From positions 53,258,001-53,322,000 of the forward strand of contig OZ296651.1 of assembly GCA_965655095.1 (NCBI GenBank): DNA of 64,000 bases. Reading direction: 5' to 3'. Of the stretch, positions 13,101 through 26,569 are shown piece after piece. Numbering within the stretch: position 1 is the first letter of the stretch; each line of letters starts with the position of its first letter. The notes under the pieces are model-generated. The model had not been told where the DNA came from. It saw only the letters and a program-made list of their open reading frames with translations, and did not search any database. Source of the stretch: Haplodiscus bocki. Its lineage: Eukaryota. The position numbers and the translations under genes are program-made.

Positions 13101-16100
13101 AACACGTTCCAAGTTTCCAAGTTTATGTGGGTGAAGAACGGAACGATGCGGCAGGTACCACTCGTGTGGGTTTTTTTGCACTGAAACAATGAAACTCTTC
13201 AACGAGTACGATGTAACTCTTCGAGAAACTTTTTTCAACTGTTTTTGATAGGTTACTTCCAAAGTCGGATCTTTCCCAAGACGGTATTCTGACAACTTCA
13301 ACTGTCAAAGAGCGGAGAAATCATTGTTTAGCAAGTTACCCTCATTATCGGCCCATAGCACACCGACGTAACAACGCGACTCATCGTGGTAAGCTGAATC
13401 TTCCAGAATGCGGAGTGTTTGTGGCCTGACTGCGGAGCAGAGATCGACAAGTTTGTTCTTTCCGTACGACTCTAAGTCGTCTCACTGACAGAGCTGATAG
13501 GCCAAGTCAGAGTCATTATCAGCTCAAGCAAGTGTCCTAAAACATGTGGACACTAGACCTGCAGCCGAAGGAAGCGACTTCATCAACACTCTTTTCAACG
13601 ATAGGCAGTTGGCAAACGGAGTATCTTTGCAGTCGGTGTCAGTAAACACCAGTAGATGGATGAGGCGGATTGAGTCTTGACCAAGTAACATTTCTCCATT
13701 GGCGTAGACGTACTCATTGAGTGTAAACGGCTGAAAAAGTCATCACTGCTGTTTAAGTTTGTTGACAAGCATGATGGATGGTGCCAATGTTGCGGTCTTT
13801 CCTCACGTAAGGCGTAATGTTGAAATTTGAACAGGTGTCACCCAAAACTAGGGGGTTCACTCGAGCACAACAATCTGGGTGTGGATGGTCTGCTGAGATT
13901 TATTACCTTAATACCTGGTACATGAGTTTCGTCGGAGCACCCTGTAGTTTGAGCCTTTTAGTCAGTTTCTCACAAATCCCAAAGTGACTGCAGGTTGAGT
14001 CACAAAAATTTAACTTGCTCAAAACAGTCCGAAGAATGCACGCCTACCGTTTACTTCCGCGATTTGCGGGAAGCCATTTACATTTGTACCGGAAGACATT
14101 CCGGAGCTTTCTGCTTCTTGATTACTATATACTGCAGCTGCCCTAACACGAGTTTTCATGCAATTGCTTTTCTGCTCAAATGATTTGTGTTGAAGGATGC
14201 GGTTTGCACCATGAAGCAGGGTGTTTTGAGATATCTTACAAACTTTTCTTTGCCATTTATACAAGGTATTGGCCATCGTCAGAAAAGATGTTGCCGCTGA
14301 AAGCAAAATAAACAATGTTTATGGGCTGCTACAGCTTTTGTTCGTCCGCTGGTTGTCTTTTCTGGGAAAACAGCATGTTTGGTTTGCATACCACAAAATA
14401 TGACGTTTTACTGAGGGATAATTTGTTCTTGTTAGCGGGACTACTCAGAAAATATGGTGCCCGGTTTCGTTCAGGTGGCTTTAGATGCACTGTTGTCAGC
14501 CGAAATGCCTTTGTTAAATGATCTTCGCATTCAATCTCGTCCTTGAGTCCTCTCCTTATCCAATCATTGGAGTCAGTCAGTTGCGTCGAAAATTGTGCAA
14601 GGGCAACGCTGCCTTCTTATTGAGCGTGAGCTTCTGGAAAGCTTAGTTGGGCAGTGGTGCACTTGACACATCGTATTTGTAGTTTAATGAACGAAATATA
14701 CCAAGTAAACTCGAAAATGTTCCTGAAAGAATGAATATATGGTTGCTCTTGTGCATTTTCACTGGTGATGAATTGTTTCATTTGTCCTGATGGGTAATAA
14801 TGACTGCTTGTGGTTGCTTATATTTACGCTCAAAAGTCTCCAAAGCATCTCTATAGATCAAACTGAAATATGCAAACTCAGCAATATGTTTTTGTTTTTC
14901 CTGTGACTAAAGTTTTGAAATAAGTCGGCTTGACATCATCCGTGAGTGCTGCCGAGTCAATGACGATCTTGAAATGGCCAAAGCATTTTCTCAATTTGAG
15001 AAGATCGCCAATAATTCGGGCCAATTACCTTTCGGGAAGGTCGTCTTTTTTGGTAGCAGCTACCAGCTGGACAAGGTCATTCGAAGAGACTAAAGCTGAG
15101 GAATCACTGTGCGTAAGGTCGGCAGATGGAAAGTTTTAAGGTGGCTTGAGGAAACTGATTCAACGGCAGTTGGCATGGAAATTAAGAGGGGCGTTGCTAG
15201 GCTTGGAGGAGGGACTACAGTAGTGAACGGTACCTGCATCAGTTATTGGAAAAACCAGCAAAGTTCTTTTCGTAGTCTGCTTTTTTTGATGAAACGTGTG
15301 TTGCAAAGCTATGGGCTGCTGAATATTGTGAGACTGAAACAGATTTCCGATGACTTGTTGCTTGTACCCGAAATTTCCAAACACCCAAGATTTGTAGAAT
15401 GTTGTTCGCAGGAGTTGCTGCAGTAAAAATTGTTTGCGGTGGGTAGGTTGGTTGCTCCCCGCCTATTGAGAGTGTGACACTTACAGAATGTGATGAAGCA
15501 TTTCTGGTTCTCCGAGATAAACTGACGGTCTACTGCTGAAGTTGTGGAATCTCGGTGCATCAGTTTTTGTTTGGTTTGCAACAGACGTTCGGATCTTGGT
15601 GCAACAACAAACACTGACGCTGCAGTAATAAAAAAAACTGAGTGGGTGCTGCAGGTGAAACTTCAGGTTGCATTGTTTGAGGTTGTGACTGTAAGAACAC
15701 TAACTCGTTTTTTGCCAGTGGCATTGGTGGTGGTTTGTCAATTCCTGTCGCAGCAGCTTGTGTTTCTTCCTCTGCTTCTGTATCACCGCCCAAAAGAAGC
15801 AGATCAAATTTTGACAGTGAGCCATGTACACACTGCTCTCACCGATTCCTCTCTGTGTCTTCATGCAATTTGGTTTGTGAGACTGGATGCAAAAACTCTT
15901 GACTAGCCTGAAAAGTCTTCCGTCTGTTCTTTTCCGTTCAGCTTTGTTTCGGCTAACCTCCTGTTTTCCCCAGAAACTTCTTCCATTTCAAGACTTTGCT
16001 TCTTATTAACAAAACGTAATGCTTTTCATTTTGTTTCTGAAATTCATTTTGTGTGTAATTCCTCGTGGCGATATTTGGCCAGCAAAAGTTCCTTTTCTCA

Positions 16101-16472
16101 TCAACTACTACACGTTCCGGAAATTGTTTTTGTTCAGCGGTAAATGTGATTTTTTGAAGACATTTAGAACTGAATTTCCTTGGGATACCGCGTGTTAATG
16201 CAATGCTAGGCTTGGCGGAAAAACTCTTCGATCGCGACAATTACGGTTTTCAACCAGTCTTCCAACCGATTTCTAACAGTTATTTTGTCGTTTTTTTCGA
16301 TGGTTTTGGCCAATACCGTTTGGGAAGTGCTGATTGATTTGTCCACACGCACGCGCCTATCAGGCACCTTGACGTTGCCCTGGATTCTACATTGCAGCTC
16401 GTTCATTTCTGTTTCGGGTGTTAGTGGATTCTCGAAAAGCTTAGTATCTTTGTCAAGAGGAGCTTTGGTCAT
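10195..16472 (-). mobile_element. BEL/Pao LTR retrotransposon internal region (gag-PR-RT-RNaseH-INT), pseudogenised
   Basis: Motifs in order: gag knuckle CKISQNTLLHGA (~14200); RT EWYLPHRSVLHPHKLG..RVYNG (~13100), FLWWEDP and AKDSSTCANYALQR (~12850); integrase MADLPRER..PFTNTGVD..G.FYV and RFASHRGVPSVFWSNN (~10850-11118); DUF5641-type end LVWIVD...LARIMK.HFGNDAVVGSAE.KT.SG.L..PLLKLAP (~10200-10370). Many stops and frameshifts. Confidence 0.92.
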
Positions 16473-17449
16473 TTCAGTTCTCTCTTAGTGTTAAAAAATG
16501 CTTTACTAACTTACTAACCAAAAAAGTTCACTGAGACAGGACAGGAACAGTTCAAGTGCTAGCAGTAGCTGAAAGTGTAGCAAACTTTGACCAGAATCAG
16601 GCAATTAAGCCCGGACACCGTCAAAAGGGACAAAGGTTATTTAATTTTCAACTGTACAATTACGTTGATGCACCGATCAAAACAAGATTTTTAAGACAAC
16701 GAAACACTGTTGAGCAGACTTCACAGTCAAAAAAGAGTTCTGTGAGGTTTTTTGTACGCGCTTCGAAAGGCGTTTAGGTGGGATTTTTCTGAACATGACG
16801 ATCAAATCTTTCTGTTGATTAACAAGTACTAAGAGTGGTTTCCTTTCTTGCTCGGGGCTGTTGTGTACTGCTGGCTTTGCATTGCCGCGAAACATCAAAA
16901 ATTCTCTCTTTCTAGCAAAAAATCAGGTCTTTTGCAGTAATCATAACTCTTGTCGTTTCAAAAAATCAAAAACGTATGAGGTACGATCGTGTTGACAGTA
17001 CATCAGAGCTCGGAGTTGGTCTTCACGACAAATCAGTTTTCTTAGGTTCGCAAAAATGCTAATGGGAAAGTTGCCGTTGCCTGCGTGTAGAAAAATTGAG
17101 TTTATCAGCAAATTGAACCAATATTCCAGCTCGATTTCATCTTTCAACTCTTCTTAAGGAAGATTTTGAACCATGTTATAAGAGTTTTTCGCACTTTACT
17201 TCAATCCAAGTGAAGTGAGAATGTAGTTATTTATCAAAGTTTTCCTCCTTTTTTTGAAGTTTTTATCAAGCTGAGCGTTTCAAGGCCGCGATGTATTCTC
17301 TTTCCACCGATAATGAACACCACTCAATATATTTCCGTTTTTTGATAACATTTATGACAAAACTTTTAAGGGGTGGGGCTCCCTATCAGTTTTACCCAAA
17401 CTAATTTATTGTTCAAACTACCTTTTTGAGAGTTTCACCATTTTCTGTA

Positions 17450-18200
17450 AAGAGACTATCCAGTTTTGGACATTATTTTTCAACTCGTACACTCTCGGAT
17501 TAATCGCGGGGAACGGGTTGCACCTGAACACGAAGAAGGGGTGATGTCACAATATAAGACTGTTGTTGAGCTTTCGGGGCAACTCGGGTTGATTTTTATT
17601 TTCCGATAAATTGGATCAAGGAAGACCACTTTGACAAATCCGTGGCCGAAATTACTTTGCTCCTCGCTTTTGTTTTCTTTAAGTTCTTCATTGAAAGCCC
17701 AAGTTGGCGAACTTTCTGGGCCACAAGACTTTTTCTTAGAGTATCGTATATAGCATGGAGATATATAAACAACTGAAACATACCACGATCTGCTTCGGAC
17801 TTCAACAATGATATGAGGAAAAGTTTGTTTTGATTTCTGTATCCACTGTACATTTTCTTGAGGTCAGTATCAGTTGCAATCATTTTCAGTCTGTCTACAG
17901 ATTTCCCACTCAAAAAGTTGACTTTTCCCGGCGGGTTTCCCTGCTAGTGAGCAATGAAATCAATCCAAAATCTGTAAACTGAAAGTATTCGATCAGTTAT
18001 GGCGAGTCATAACTTTTTTGCTTTTTCAGCTGAAAGAGAACTCAACCTCTCATCATGAAATATTCACCGGCGTGAATTGTCTAATAAAGATTAATAACTT
18101 TCTGCAAGAACTTCCGTTTTTGGAGCAGCAAGGAAATAAGAAATGAGAGCGTTGTCGTGAAAGCAGAAACGTCAGACACAGGAAAGAAATTTTTTTCTGG
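17450..18200 (-). mobile_element. Ty3/Gypsy pol fragment (RNase H end and integrase)
   Basis: ORF 17596-17913 contains LRKSLVAQKVRQLGLSMKNLKKTKARSKV (cf. LRxxILxxLHxGHxGIxKMKxxARSYV). Downstream VLYCDITPSSCSG resembles LLxYRxTPHSxTG. Confidence 0.45.
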
Positions 18201-18229
18201 TCATTAGCATACCGATCAAAACTCATCAT

Positions 18230-18705
18230 TCTTATCTCTCGGGGGATAGAACGGCGATTTCGACAGATTGGGGTCTACTTTCTGAGTTTAACACAACCAT
18301 TAGGCTATAAACTACTTCTCTGTGGCCAACTTTTTTTGATGACACTCCGTTCAACCAATAACGTAAAATTCTCAACAAGGTAATAACACGGACTAACAAA
18401 TATAGGTGGCCGAAAAGGTACCAAAATCATCTGCTAAAATCAAACAGAGGTTTCAAAAGAACAACGATGCGTCATCAATGTATGAATGTCTACAAATATG
18501 GAGAAACAATAATCGGAAAGGCAATAGCATGTAATTTTAGAGAGTTTTCTATTAGTAAACGTAGAGAAAATAGGAATTAGGAAAAACTTTGTCCCTCACT
18601 CGGAATTGAACTGGTATCAGGTCGGTTGTAACGCGAACACGCTACTGCTAAACCATTCTGGCCCTGTTCGACCGGAACGAAAGCATAATTTTTGCATACG
18701 CAATA
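18230..18705 (-). mobile_element. LTR-like unit (~476 bp), diverged relative of 9621-10085
   Basis: Same orientation and collinear similarity, e.g. tcaatgtatg..tgtctacaaa.atggaga..caataat and gtccctcact.g.aa...tatcaggtcggtt...gaccggaacgaaag. The minus strand starts TATTGC and ends GATAAGA (decayed TG...CA). No TSD seen. Confidence 0.6.
18591..18662 (-). other. tRNA(His)-like segment with Pol III A and B boxes inside the LTR-like unit
   Basis: Minus strand: GCCAGAATGGTTTAGCAGTAGCGTGTTCGCGTTACAACCGACCTGATACCAGTTCAATTCCGAGTGAGGGAC. It is collinear with the metazoan tRNA-His pattern (GCCGTGATCGTATAGTGG...GCGTTGTGGCCG...GGTTCGAATCCGAGTCACGGC). The stems do not pair fully. Confidence 0.6.
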
Positions 18706-19399
18706 ACTACTTCACTAAGAAATTTTGGATCGTATTACTACGGTCTACTGAAAACTGAACTCTTTACTAGCTTGAATTTTTCTTGAGTGACGGGGGATTG
18801 CATGTTGCATAGTTTTTGTGAGAATTGAATTGCCTGGCCATCTTTTCGGAAATACGAAGAATTCTCAGTTGCGTTTTCTTAAGAATTAGTTTTCTCAAAA
18901 ACTACTGGTCAGATTGGAACACTTTGGTATTTAATTGATACCATACAAAACAGTGAATCTGCTGATTGGAATTTTTAAAATATATCTCATTTTTTGCCAA
19001 AAGTAACATCAGAAAATGGAGAAACAATTTTTAACCTTCAAATTTCGTGGAAATTGTTTTGAAAATTTTTCGTTGGACAGAGAATATAAACTAGTCGTTC
19101 AAGTATTCGCGAAAGGATGATTCTGCTGAACGACAAGGAATTCTGCGTCCGGGTTTTTTCCCAACTTAACGCATATCCAATTGGAAATTCAAAAATGTTT
19201 TCTCTTGAGTATGTGTTCCGGAAAACATTCGATCGAGCTGCCCCTGTCCATTACAATCTCAAAAAAATGGGGGAGAAAAAAGTACTAAAAGACGGCGGAA
19301 AAGCAACCCCTTTTCTTCTTGACTATCGAGCCAGATATCATATATTGGTTTTTGAATTTGGAGACTTTTTATAATTCTTTAACATAAATTTTTCGCATT

Positions 19400-22000
19400 T
19401 GTGCCGCAAAGTCATTACTTGAGAAAATTGACCGCATTTTATTGCTGGTTTTTAGGCCTATTTTTTACGAACAGAACGTTTCAACGTTTAATGTCATAGC
19501 TCAAGTTTTCTGTTGATGTGTTGAATATTGTTTGCCATACTTTGTGACAGTTTGACTCAAGTTTCAAGTACTAAGTTATCGACGTTTCGTGTAATTTTCA
19601 AAAACCTTAGTTCGATTTCTCAAAGAGTTGGATCTTTTGATATTGCTAGGTTTTTGGAGGTCCACTTTGTATTAGTATCTGAGTTACATTTGGTACACAT
19701 GCTTTTGATCTCATGTTTACAGGTTGTTTCAAATAACTTTTCGGTTCTCACGAGATTGTATCTCGAACTGTCGTTATAAACTAAAAGTGATGAAGTTGGT
19801 TAGAAAAACATTTTCAAAAAGTTTTTGCGGGTTCAAATGGTAGCTTTCACAGACATTTGATAGTCATTGCTAAGGTTCTTTCGAAGAATAAACATTTGTT
19901 GTTGTCTTTTTGCACAAATTTGACTAAAAATAAGAATGTGTATTGAAACAGGTTTTTGTTCAGTTGTTTCTTCTTCTACAAAGCTTGAATTTTTTATGTC
20001 ACCGAAGAGATTAGTGTTGCAGTGCAAACGGTCAGAAACGACTATTTTGAGATGTTTGGCAGGTACTTGTCTCTTTTTGCATTTTAATAAAAGGTAGTTT
20101 TGTTGAATATTGGTCCAAAAAAAGTAAAAACAACGTCCTAAAAGCTCAGGTTTGAGATGTCAATATTTAGGAATGAAAAAGTGTGGCCGATATTTTTTAG
20201 TTTTCACTTAAGGGAATACGCAAATAGTTTGAATAATTGGGAGTAAAATGGCGTAACCTAAAAAGACATTGACAGATTAAATATATGAGTTTCAGACACT
20301 CTGACTGGCTCTAGTCTCAATTTGATTTTTACGAACAAGCGTTTGATTGACTGCTCGAGTAGTATTTCCAAAAATGTCAACCACGTGTCCGATTATGATT
20401 CCAAATATCTCTCACATTTTCTTATCTTCTTACCTCTGATGTTAATTGACCAGTCGAGATGTTTTGCCACATTCTGTTTCGCTTCTGTGTCAAGTGATGT
20501 CCTCAGAATCTATTGAGAGAATTTTGAAAATATTTTGCTGGTTCGACTACTCTCTAGTTGAAAAATTTGTTGAATCATATAGTTTTGCATTTTCTCTTTT
20601 CCTCAAGAAAGGCTCAAAATTTACTACGATCATCAGAAAATTTCCACTAAAATGCTTTTTAATAAGACGCCGAAAGTATTCGATAATATGGGGTCAATCC
20701 CTGACAATTTTTAGACATATCTGCCGTCTAAACTTTAGCAAAAATGTAAAGTTGTAAAATTTTCTCAGCTGTCTTTCTTTGGCTGATTGCCTTCAATAAA
20801 CTGAATGCTTTGTTCAACTGACGGCTGATTTTCATCATGATCATTACAAGTTTGAGGAAAATTCACGGAAATGAAAAAATTTTGCATGAGCCTTTCGTGT
20901 TTTGACAAGGCAAACTTGCTAATATATCAATTTTTATCGATTTTTGGTAGTCTGACCTTCGAATCATGTTTCTAGAAAAAGAAAAAAAACAGAAATTGCA
21001 ATTTTTGGAACTTTTTGGTCTTTTGTTTTTCAAGTTAGCTTTCTAGCCACTAAATCTTTACTCAATCGTTATTAAATTACAGTTTCCAATGAAATTCACG
21101 GGATCATGAAATTGTTGTTGTAAGATTTTTTTTGTGTTCTCCAAAAAGAGAAAAACGCTAAATAATCTCGAAATTCTTTGGGTACTTTGCACTTTGCCCC
21201 CCTCCCCTCTCAGGAAGCTTTATTCCTACCAATCCATACTCAAAAGCTGCAAGTTCAGTCCTTTCTGTGGGTCGCCGTAGAATGATTGTTCTATATCTCG
21301 TTGTTCAATATTTTATTAATGTTGTCTGGTCCAAAAGCTTTGAGAAGTTTTCGATTTCATTTGAAAGAGGGATAGAATTCACTTTTTGTAGAAACGAATT
21401 CTTTTGGATAAATCGATTTTGTTTTTAGAAACCGAAGAAAAGAGAATTTGTAGAATCATTTACGTTGATGTCCGAACCCCACCACTGGTCGATTTTTCAA
21501 ATATGACTTTCGCTAAAACTCATTTTCAATCAGGGCTCAATCGAAATTTACTGAAATGTAACTCGATTGAATCAGTGCCGATTCCTTTTCGAGTAAATTG
21601 CTCAAGCGAATTCGTGTCAGTACGTACTTCAAGAACTCGCTTTCACATGAGCGAAAAAAAGGATACTTTTATCGTTTTTCTTTAGCTTTAGCATTGGACC
21701 ATTAAGTTCCTTGGATATTTTTTGACTTTTCTAAATTTTATTATTAGGCGTAGATATATGTACAGGTTATTCAAGGTAAAATTTCACGTCTTCTGTCTAC
21801 TACTTTCTCTAAACCTAAAAATTGATCTTGCTGTTTTTGACTGTTGAATGTCTCGCAATAATTTACAGGTTTGACAAGTCATCCTTCGCTGACAAAAAAT
21901 CCTTTGGTCGTATGCAAGAACAATTCTGGCTCTGGTTTCATTTTTGTTATAAATTGATGTTTTTAACAAGGCAAAAACTGTTCTTCTCTAAATTCTTTTG
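19400..22000 (-). mobile_element. Possible Polinton-type protein-primed DNA polymerase B remnant
   Basis: Heavily decayed minus-strand coding-like DNA. The best anchor is SDRLHCNTNLFG (~20000-20040), resembling DGFCxHCNTVFEAxG of Polinton pPolB. Catalytic motifs were not recognised. Confidence 0.3.
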
Positions 22001-24299
22001 TCGACCCCTACAAACATTTTTTACAATCAAAATGGCATCATTTACCCCTACGAAAACCGCTTTCAGAAATTTTTGATAAAAAATAGACTTATGAATTCGG
22101 AAAATGAGGCTATTCAGGGTGTTATAGATTTTCTCTTGAAAAACAACCTAGTTTTTTGTAAAACGTAATTCAGTTTTACATAATTATTAGAGTTTTCGGT
22201 TGTGTGCTGATCGACACTGGCAATTTTGACCGTCAAAATTATGTATTATTAGCGAGCTGACCTAAATATAATGAATTGAATATTGCATTCAAATACTTGA
22301 ATTTACTAGTATTGCTACTGCATCCCAACTATCTGAAACAATTTTACCATACTAAAACAACTGCTTTCCGCAAAATGAGTTAAAGGAGATTCATCTGATC
22401 ATGATATTGAAGATTTTGTCAAATGTTGCCAAGGAATTGTCAGTTTCCTTCAACTGACTAAAATTCGCTGGGGGATATAAGTGACAAGGTACCACTGGAA
22501 GGATAAATTAATAGGTCCGAGATTTCGAGTCGCCTTTATTATGCTATACAGAGATTGGACCATGTTTGTTTTACAATCCCCCCCTCCACCCAAGTGCACC
22601 AAGTTTCTTTCTTCCCCCTAGCTGTGAGTGAAAATACTTAAGAATCTAAGTTTTTTTATTCATTTGGGCTTCTTCATCAGACATTGTGATGATTAGAACA
22701 CCCATTGTACAGATTTTAGTTTCGTGTGAAACCTTTCCAAGTAAATTTTGTAGCTTCATTGATTTTAAAAAAGAGTAAAATGCGCCATATTTTCAAAATT
22801 CTACTTTAATTTTCTTTGTATGATCTCTACGACAAGGCATCTCTGAAGAGAATACATTACTTTTGTACACGTTTTTAGGATATCGATATAATTTTCAGTT
22901 GATTTTACAGTGATGTCAACATGAGTTCGTGGTACTTGACACTTTATTATTTTCCACTCATATTTAAATATGGAAAGATAATCATCCACTCAACGCTTGC
23001 GTTTTTGTTTTTACGTTTATTAGCCAACTACAAATGTCCGAATGTCCTGAATCTGAAATTTTTTCATCACCAATTTATAGCAAATTTGCCTCAGAATGCG
23101 ACTGAATCGGAAAGATTTCTCAAACACGTATGCGATTAAGGGTCTTTGGAAGAAGATTTTTTGACAAAACCTGGATTTTTCAAAATCGGCAAAAGTGGCA
23201 AAATTGCTGTAGACTGCGTATCAAATTACATAGTTTTCAAATGTTTTTTCTCCACACAACTTGAGGTTTTCCAAGAAAATGAAAAATTTTTCAAAAGTTC
23301 GGAAAGTAAAACAATTTCATGAAGTTTTTTTCCAAAAATAACGCTTTCATCCTTCTAAAACGCAGCTTCCACAAAGTTTGAGGGCGTAATTTTTTATTTG
23401 GTAACCATGTGTTTTGCTTCAAAATTCGCCCCAGATGAGTATTTGTTTTTTAGGGGGGATGAAATAAACAGGATCCCAGAGATTTTCCCATGTCAAGAGT
23501 GTTAGATAGTAAATATTTCCTAACAGTGGTAACTATGTTTAGAGTACATTCATAAATATAGGTGTCAATCATTTTATGCCGTCAAATCAGTTCAACTTAT
23601 AGAAAGGTTCCAATATTGTTGCTCATTATAACTTGATCAGCACTCTTAACCAAACCTAGAAAAAAAATAGAAACGCTGTGAATGGTAAATCAAATTATTG
23701 GCAACGGAAAGGCACTTGCATATCGCTTGAAAATTTTTTTATCAATTCTGCTGATTACCAACTTTTAGCGGATATCGAAACGGCGATGAAAGCTAACGGA
23801 CTTCGGTAATCATATGCTTCAAGCGGATCTCCACTATATACGGATCTACTATTCGGAAACTATCGTAATTGTTACTTTCTGCCCGTATTTCAATATGGAA
23901 GGAAAATCAACCACTCTCCTTAAGTGTGTTTTCACGTATACTTACGTTGCAGGATTTCTGACTTCGAAAGTGCATCATCACTAAATTATATCGTCGTTGC
24001 AGTGAAGCGTCTAAATGGGTTTAAAATGGCATTAATTTCTCGAAACGCTTTTTCCGGAGAAAGTTTACGACATTTTAAAAAGAAACTTTGATTTTTTTCA
24101 AAATAGCAAAGTTGCAAACTTACAGTAGAAACAGTTTTTCTTCTGAAACCCAAAAAAAGTCGAAAAGAAGAAAATATCCCTTTTGTAGTCGAACATTTTG
24201 TTAACTTAGCCATCCACAACTATGGGAAGTTCCACTAATTGCCACTTAACGACACTTTCTTGCTACATGGTCATTTGTTTTTTTGACAGAGCAGGTTGC

Positions 24300-25500
24300 A
24301 TTTTGATTGATACTCATCGGTCTTTTCTAACAAAGATGACACGATATCCACCCGCATCAATACAGAAGCGGAGTGGAGCTCCGCAGAGCTGGCAACCCAA
24401 AAGAATCCAATCTTTTCAAAATTGGAAATATCAGTATTGAAAACTAACGCAGAAAAATTTACATTGAAAACTTCCCAAAGTATCATGAAAAACCATATCT
24501 GCAATTCTGTCAGAAAAAAAATGGTGACACCAATTCTTGTAGATTCAGATTCTTAGACCATCAAAAATTTTTCCATAAATTATGAAAGCAACGTAGAGAA
24601 AACTTGTGAAAAAGACCAATGTGAATTTCTTGTGAAGCTCAAAAGTCATTGCTAGCTTATTAGAACAAAAAAACTACTAAAACAAAAATGAAATCAATAA
24701 ACCACTTTAACTTCAGTACTTAGCGAGAGGCTGAATTATGACTAGAATTTGCTACCAGACTGGTATTCATCCGAGAAAAAACGACCGATGAAATATGCAA
24801 GTCCATTTCTTTAAAATTTTCCATCCAAATCCGAATGGTTCTGTTATAATCAATGAGGAAGGAAAATCATGCCCAATTTACTGCCTAACAGAAAACTTTT
24901 TTGCGAGAGACTGGAAATGTGCACTCAATGCTCTAAATCCGACATCCAATCATTATGAAAAAGTGCAAATCGAACATTTTTTTTTACTTTCGAAGTAAAA
25001 TTCGGGTCAAAATTATCGGACACCGTTAGGGCAAAGAGTGGCTGTCTTGCGAAAGTGCAAAAATAGCCAACTTGTCAAATGAGACTCAATGGATGGACAG
25101 TTCTGAAGGTAATTCGAAAGTCAATTTTTCACCAGGTGTTTTCCCGGATATTTTTTGAGCAAAAAAAGCATCCAACCGCCTGATTGTGGAACCAAGAAAA
25201 TATGAAGCAAGCCATCTGTTGCTGCACAGTTTTTTGCACTTGACGGGATGGTGAAAGTTCAATGGATGACTTCAATCTAACTTACGTGCTCTGACAAAAA
25301 CAGATCTGGAAAATCCTGAAACTTTCACGAAAATCAAGTTTAAAGTAAGTAGCTTTCTCCCAGTAAGCACCTATTTATTTAAGCGGAAACTAGTCTTGTT
25401 TCAAAAAAACGGGTGAATAGTTTCATGACAACTGAACGGCAGACACTACTGATAATATTTCGCAAACTGGCTAGTGAGTTCTTTACCGAAAACAGTCTTT
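24300..25500 (+). mobile_element. Possible MULE transposase remnant
   Basis: ANLSNETQWMDS…FHQVF at ~25065-25145 resembles the MULE first-Asp block L..A.TWFMDGTF…FxQVF. Frameshifted. Confidence 0.3.
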
Positions 25501-26569
25501 TTCTGGCGCTTTAACCTCATAAGAAGTGATTTTTGAAATTTGGCTCGTCTCAGGAAAATGTACGTAAAATGAACAAATTCACGAAGGTACTTGGATTGGA
25601 AATTGAGGCGAGAATCATTAAAAAGCGAGTTCTTGAATATATGCGCAAATTCCGCAAAAAATGCGACTTCCGATAAAGACAACAAAAAAACGTGGGTTAA
25701 TCATCAAAATTGGCTATTTTTTGACCTAAAAAAGATTTTGGCAGATGGTTTGATCAACTTGAAATATAAAAAGTGATCCTGCACCTCGTCTGGTTATTAA
25801 CTAACATAAATTTTTCTCGGAACAACTTTTTTTGATGGGAAATGTGCAGAGATAAAATCTTGATGGCAACTGTCGCGCAGGGTTGAAAAGTGAGAAATTA
25901 TCGATTAAATTCTGAACTGAAATGTTAAGTTCATCTCCATGGTTTCGATTAACCAAATTAATTCAGCTGACGGCGTGCGACGACCGGTACTAAGCAATTA
26001 ATCTTAAGTGTCAAAGGTTAATATGCGATTCAATATTGCTGACTTGCGAAGGGAACAAAATGGTCTGCGTGACTTCGCAAGCAAGGACTTTGAATGTAAA
26101 TAAACAAGGGTCTAGTAATTGTTGCAGATTTTTTTTCAGTCTCGGAAAGTTTACCATTCAATGTTTGTCTGAACTTAGCCCGATTTTGATAAGCAAGGGG
26201 TCAAATTGAAAAAAGATTTTGGAGGGGGTATCTTGGATCAAATTTTCAATTTATTCCAGCTCGAATCAAAGTAGGCTGAGCTTGAGATTTCACTCAGTTT
26301 AATTTTTTTATTTCTGGCTCAAATTTTGTATGAAAGATCAGAAACTCTTCCAGTTTTACGGGCGTTTTATATGTAAAAAAAAGAACATTCTGACACACCT
26401 GTCAAGAACTTGAAACAACACTGCTGCAATTACAATATAAAAATAGCTCATGCATTACTGAATTTTACAAAGCGCTCCGAAAAATAAAAGGTAACTTAAG
26501 TTGGGAACCTAGATGATTTGTTTGATCATTTCTTCAATTTTGGCTAGGCGGAGAGTTTTATCAATTGCT

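Noticed and set aside
18591-18662. Functional tRNA gene
   Set aside because: The acceptor and anticodon stems do not pair and it sits inside a repeat, so it is treated as tRNA-derived only.
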